A DNA stretch of 63,194 bases, filler included, from Candidatus Woesearchaeota archaeon (GTDB lineage Archaea > Nanobdellota > Nanobdellia > Woesearchaeales > J072): assembly GCA_003695265.1 (NCBI GenBank). It is 9 parts of 9 records of this genome, joined end to end, with 100 filler letters (N's around TTAATTAATTAA, not from the genome) between each part and the next. Parts side by side here need not be neighbours in the genome. Positions count along the whole stretch, not along the records: positions 49,590 to 63,194 come from RFII01000012.1; 8 more parts are not named here. One strand, written 5' to 3'. Below are positions 58,905-63,194 of the stretch, piece after piece. The notes below the pieces were generated by a model that saw only the letters and a program-made list of their open reading frames with translations, did no database searches and was not told the DNA's origin. Made by a program: the position numbers and the translations under genes. The first letter of the stretch is position 1. Every line of letters begins with the position of its first letter.

Positions 58905-61900
58905 TTATATGTTAATATCTGCTCTATATTCTATGTACTCTTTTCTCATGATTGGTGAGCCGCCCCCATGATGGCAGCCCTCATTTACAGTGCCGTCACA
59001 ATCATCATCATAGGAAGTTGAGCATACTTCCGCATGGCCTGGATTCACCCCTGACTTGGAATCATCACAGTCGCATACAGCGCCATAACCATCAGTGTCA
59101 CCATCTGTCTGGTTCGGGTTGTAATCTGCAGGGCAGTTGTCGCAAACATCACCAACGCCATCAAAATCATTATCTGCTTGATCAGGATTATAATCATAAA
59201 CACAATTATCCAGAGCATCACCAACGCCGTCCGTGTCAAAATCTGTCTGAACCAATTTATTGGTTATATTAGTGGACTTGCCATCGTATAAGACATAACC
59301 TATAATATTGTAAAATGAGATATTCTCATCTGCTGTTGTATTCCACAAATCAACGAAGCTGGTTGAGTCGGATAAATTGGAGATGTTATGATTGAATTCT
59401 CCTGACAGATTTCCAGTCGAATTGTATATTTTTATTCTGGCAACGCCTGTTATGTTCATAGTGCCAGTATTATTTACTGTCAAATTAATCCTAATGCTGT
59501 CTCCTGGATTGAATATTTCAGGGACGGCTGTCATAGAGACTTCTGCAGAAGAAACCCCCACCCTGAACGCAGCGCTCGTCTTATCTAATATGTTTCCAGA
59601 AGTGTCTATCAAAGAAACTTCCACTGTGTAGTAATCCTGCTCAAACCCGGCAGTATCCCATTGCAAAGAGAGAGAAGCTGTTCTATCCAAGCCTGTCAAA
59701 GTGTTAAGTGGAATGCCATCCACAACCCTTCCTGTCGGGTACTGTTTTATAACTGCATTTACAACAATGTTTTGGGTTTCTGTATTGTTAACAATGACAG
59801 TTACATTGACAATATCACCTGGATTGTACTCGTCCTTGTCTGTTGAAACGTCAATTATCTCTGCCTGCGATACAATGTAATCAACATGGAAGGTGTAATC
59901 CCTGTAAAACTTGACATCTGTGGTTAGGGCATTGTAATAGAAAGGATATATTATCAGCATTAGTTTGGTGCTGTTCGGCTCATTTATAACTTTCCAGTCA
60001 TATTCCTTTTCAGGATACCACTCATGAACAGCCATGGAAAAATCATCAATAGGATCAGAAGAAATCTCATTTATTGTCATGGGAATATTCAGTCCGGTGT
60101 CAGTAACCATGCCTGTTTTTGATGTCATTGAGACATTTTGTATCTTGTAGCCCTTTGGGTATTCAACAAATTCATAATAATATGGAACTGCACTCTTGTT
60201 TTCCTCGTGCAGCCAGAATCCTCCCGGAATCCTCACATAATCAAAGTTTCCCATAACTGTTACGTTGTAGAAAGGGACTGAGATATTGATGTCTGCTCCT
60301 GTGAACTGTGATGAATAATAATGCTGTGTAGACTGCATTGAAGCTGTGCCGCCGCCTATCTTCCCATATTTTGGATTTCCGAAAAGGTTGTACTCGTACA
60401 CCCAGTATTTTTCTGGCTCATCTTGGAGGCATAACATAATTTCTTGATTTTCATAGGCCCTACCAATACTGTCAAATTGTGGTTCCCAATAATCTGCAAA
60501 GAAGCTCTCTCCAACATCATGGTTTATATTCATTGAAGAAACTTCTGTAGAGCCTATGTAGACTGCAGCGTTTCTATCAAGAAACGCCTCGACCAAAGAT
60601 TCGTCATTGCTTGACTCGTAATCAGCGGTCGTGCATGAAACAACAAGGGCTACAGGCGTTGAGTTGCTGAAGTTGACGTGGGGCATGTTCCAGATGCTTA
60701 TAGGCCCGGAAGCATGAGGGTTGCCGTGAGCAAATATGAAAACCAGATCCTTGTTAGTAGCATTTGCGGCAAACGCATCAAAGGCTGCGCCCTCAAAAAA
60801 AATGTCGGAGAAGTGAATAGTCCCTGACATGTCACTTGCTATGATTAATTCATCTTTCGCGTCTCCAACAAAATCTGCTGCGGCAAAACCATCATTCATG
60901 AGGGAGCCAAAGCTTTGAATTTTGCCTTCCCATGTTAGTGTGCCATTCAACAAGTCTATGACATTCCACAGGTGAATCTCATTCAGCACATCATCTACTT
61001 GAGCTATCAATTCTTTTCCCATACCCTTAAAGTCTCCGGTAAGGAGGCGATTGCCGTTATAGCCAAGAAAATACAAATCCGTAGCTAAGGGATAGGTGTA
61101 AATGTGAATGATATTAGTGTTATGGTCTTCTATTATAATATCATCTTTGGTGTCTCCAAGAACGTCGCCGACAGCAAAGCCGTCGCCCTGGCTGAATATG
61201 GTTGGGTATCCATCAAGAAAGTCTCCCGAGCCGTTCAATATATCAATATAGCCTGTCTGATCGCCTGCCACAAGTATTTCGTCCTTTACATCTCCCAAAA
61301 TGTTGCCAACAGCAAAGCCGTTGCCTGCAGTGAAGCCGCCGTCAAACGAATTAAGTGGTGTTCCGTTTGAATTCCCGTCAAATATGTTGATAATGTGGGT
61401 TTGGTCGCCTGCAACAAGAATCTCATCTTTTTCATCTCCCAAAACATCACCAACAGCAAAGCCGTCGTTTGTCGTGTACATTCCGTCAAAAGAATGAAGC
61501 TCGTTGCCGTTTGCGTCAAATATGTGAATGACATTAGTTATGTCGTCCGCAACAAGAATTTCATTTTTGCTGTCTCCAAGAACATCACCAACAGCAAAGC
61601 CGTCGCCAATATTAAAGCCTCCGCTGAAAGAAGTGAAGAAACGAAAATCTTCTGTGTCAACCCTAGCAACATTCACCCCTTTATTGATTAGTTTGCTTTG
61701 AAGCGTGTCTGCTGCATCTAAATGAAGAAAGTAATAATTCCCAACGCCTGTGAAAAGCAAGGCATCAGAATAATCAAACCCATAGCCATGATTTCCCATC
61801 AAAACATTAACACTCGTCTGAATCGCGTTTCTCAAGTCCTTTGCCTTATTTCCAATAACGCGGCCTAGAGCAAGTTCAGGAGTACAGTCTGAGTCGTAAT

Positions 61901-63194
61901 CTGAGAAGAACTGGTCGCTAAGTTTTATAGTATCATATGTTTTATTATCCATCTTAACATTGAAGCCCGTAACTGTTATTGAAGGAAAAATCTCTGTTTC
62001 GCCAACAATAAGAAGGTATCCTTTATACCCATTTGAAAACATATAACTCATCTGCTTTGCCCACGCCCCACCTGGTGTGATCAGGTTGTGGAAAGTCTTG
62101 TAATTTGTGCTTTTCCCAAACTCAATGTAGCCAAGAACGCCATTCTCCAAACTCGCAAGCTCTGCCATTGAGGATAAGAGGAGGTTTTCCTCGTCAAAGC
62201 CAATAGAGCTATTGCCGAGTGCGAATAAGGCTTTGGGATCTGTTGTTATAAGATAATCCGAAACCCTGAGAGCGGCCTTGTAAGCGCTCGCTATGCTAAC
62301 ATTAAACACTGTCTTTGATACTACATAACTCATAATATCTGAATACATTGTGTGGTTTAATGAATACCATTCCAAATAAATATGATGACCTATGACAGGG
62401 CCTGGAGGCCTGGGATACATCAGCACGGGAACCGCTGTAAAAGACAATGTTTTCGTCTGCCCTGGAGAAATCGTCCCGTTTACGTAAATGTCAGATGAGG
62501 TCATCCTTGAAGTAGGGTAATAAGTAGCGATGTATTTGTCACCAGTGCTGTTTGAGACGTATGTTATTGGTTGGAACCTCATCAGAAAATCCTTCACAAC
62601 AACATCCACAGCATCGGCATTGCCCACATTCTTTATTTCTACTGCTATCAAAAACTGGTTTCCGTTCTGGTACACATAGTGATCAGTAACAATAAGTATA
62701 GGCTGCTCTCGCTCCGGCGGAGAGGGTATTGCTGAGAGATTAATGCTTTCATTCACCGCCTGTATTTTGTTGTCTGTGTCCATTACTTCAATAACTGCAT
62801 CATAAATGCCAAGGGTCTGGTTGGCCACGTTCCACTGCAGGGTTATATTAGCGCTTTTCGGATATTCTGGCTCGAATGAATGAAAATCAACGTAACTGCC
62901 GTTTATGTACAGGCGGGCAGAATCCAATCCCACATCATCGCTTATTGATGCTGTAACATTAATCTTTCCTGAAGTATTATCATAAACGTAGCTTAGCATC
63001 CTGACTGCTGGCGGCGCCAAGTCTTTGATGTTATAAACAGTAAAACGCAGGATGTCTGATGAAGTCAATTGGCTGAGGTCATACGCCCTTGCTTCAAGCT
63101 CATAATCGCCATTCTCATACATTGTTGTGTTCATTTCCCATTCAAAATCTGAGTAGGCAGTATGCACAAGCGTGCCATTAAGGAAAAACTCCAC
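58905..63194 (-). CDS. Large extracellular C25 (gingipain-like) cysteine peptidase with Ig-like, FG-GAP-like and TSP3-like repeats (5'-partial)
   Basis: YLLIVG, PELALGR, FAHG...VSC dyad, YNLFGNP; repeats FAVGDVLGDxKDEILVA; DGVGDALDNC..YNPDQAD. Confidence 0.85.
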   Translation of the reverse strand: MEFFLNGTLVHTAYSDFEWEMNTTMYENGDYELEARAYDLSQLTSSDILRFTVYNIKDLAPPAVRMLSYVYDNTSGKINVTASISDDVGLDSARLYINGSYVDFHSFEPEYPKSANITLQWNVANQTLGIYDAVIEVMDTDNKIQAVNESINLSAIPSPPEREQPILIVTDHYVYQNGNQFLIAVEIKNVGNADAVDVVVKDFLMRFQPITYVSNSTGDKYIATYYPTSRMTSSDIYVNGTISPGQTKTLSFTAVPVLMYPRPPGPVIGHHIYLEWYSLNHTMYSDIMSYVVSKTVFNVSIASAYKAALRVSDYLITTDPKALFALGNSSIGFDEENLLLSSMAELASLENGVLGYIEFGKSTNYKTFHNLITPGGAWAKQMSYMFSNGYKGYLLIVGETEIFPSITVTGFNVKMDNKTYDTIKLSDQFFSDYDSDCTPELALGRVIGNKAKDLRNAIQTSVNVLMGNHGYGFDYSDALLFTGVGNYYFLHLDAADTLQSKLINKGVNVARVDTEDFRFFTSFSGGFNIGDGFAVGDVLGDSKNEILVADDITNVIHIFDANGNELHSFDGMYTTNDGFAVGDVLGDEKDEILVAGDQTHIINIFDGNSNGTPLNSFDGGFTAGNGFAVGNILGDVKDEILVAGDQTGYIDILNGSGDFLDGYPTIFSQGDGFAVGDVLGDTKDDIIIEDHNTNIIHIYTYPLATDLYFLGYNGNRLLTGDFKGMGKELIAQVDDVLNEIHLWNVIDLLNGTLTWEGKIQSFGSLMNDGFAAADFVGDAKDELIIASDMSGTIHFSDIFFEGAAFDAFAANATNKDLVFIFAHGNPHASGPISIWNMPHVNFSNSTPVALVVSCTTADYESSNDESLVEAFLDRNAAVYIGSTEVSSMNINHDVGESFFADYWEPQFDSIGRAYENQEIMLCLQDEPEKYWVYEYNLFGNPKYGKIGGGTASMQSTQHYYSSQFTGADINISVPFYNVTVMGNFDYVRIPGGFWLHEENKSAVPYYYEFVEYPKGYKIQNVSMTSKTGMVTDTGLNIPMTINEISSDPIDDFSMAVHEWYPEKEYDWKVINEPNSTKLMLIIYPFYYNALTTDVKFYRDYTFHVDYIVSQAEIIDVSTDKDEYNPGDIVNVTVIVNNTETQNIVVNAVIKQYPTGRVVDGIPLNTLTGLDRTASLSLQWDTAGFEQDYYTVEVSLIDTSGNILDKTSAAFRVGVSSAEVSMTAVPEIFNPGDSIRINLTVNNTGTMNITGVARIKIYNSTGNLSGEFNHNISNLSDSTSFVDLWNTTADENISFYNIIGYVLYDGKSTNITNKLVQTDFDTDGVGDALDNCVYDYNPDQADNDFDGVGDVCDNCPADYNPNQTDGDTDGYGAVCDCDDSKSGVNPGHAEVCSTSYDDDCDGTVNEGCHHGGGSPIMRKEYIEYRADINI

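Noticed and set aside
61150..61610. Repeated CAGCAAAGCCGT units about 138-144 nt apart
   Set aside because: Coding FG-GAP-like repeats in the large protease; no RT gene or adenine-specific variation indicating a diversity-generating retroelement.

Overview
Archaeal genome fragment, most likely a DPANN lineage such as Woesearchaeota/Pacearchaeota. This is inferred from TFB, aIF-1A, LonB, Kae1, NucS, the archaeal 23S rRNA and BHB introns. The window is nine contigs joined by artificial N-run/TTAATTAATTAA linkers, so adjacency across linkers means nothing. Most genes are housekeeping or surface-protein genes. The main highlight is a tightly coupled operon at 49590-57324 encoding a candidate ubiquitin-like conjugation system: a probable Ubl with a C-terminal extension, an E2-like protein with a single Cys, a JAMM/JAB protease, a tandem-adenylation-domain E1 and four unknown genes. 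Other highlights: five short bulge-helix-bulge (BHB) introns in functional loops of the 23S rRNA; a two-intron tRNA-Ser; an orphan tRNA-like 5' fragment with its own BHB intron; a four-copy MITE-like repeat; several structured intergenic elements; two HIT paralogs lacking the catalytic His; a fused tandem deoxynucleoside kinase with no canonical start codon; and a gingipain-like surface protease split by FG-GAP-like repeats. All calls come from reading motifs by eye; no database searches were run.
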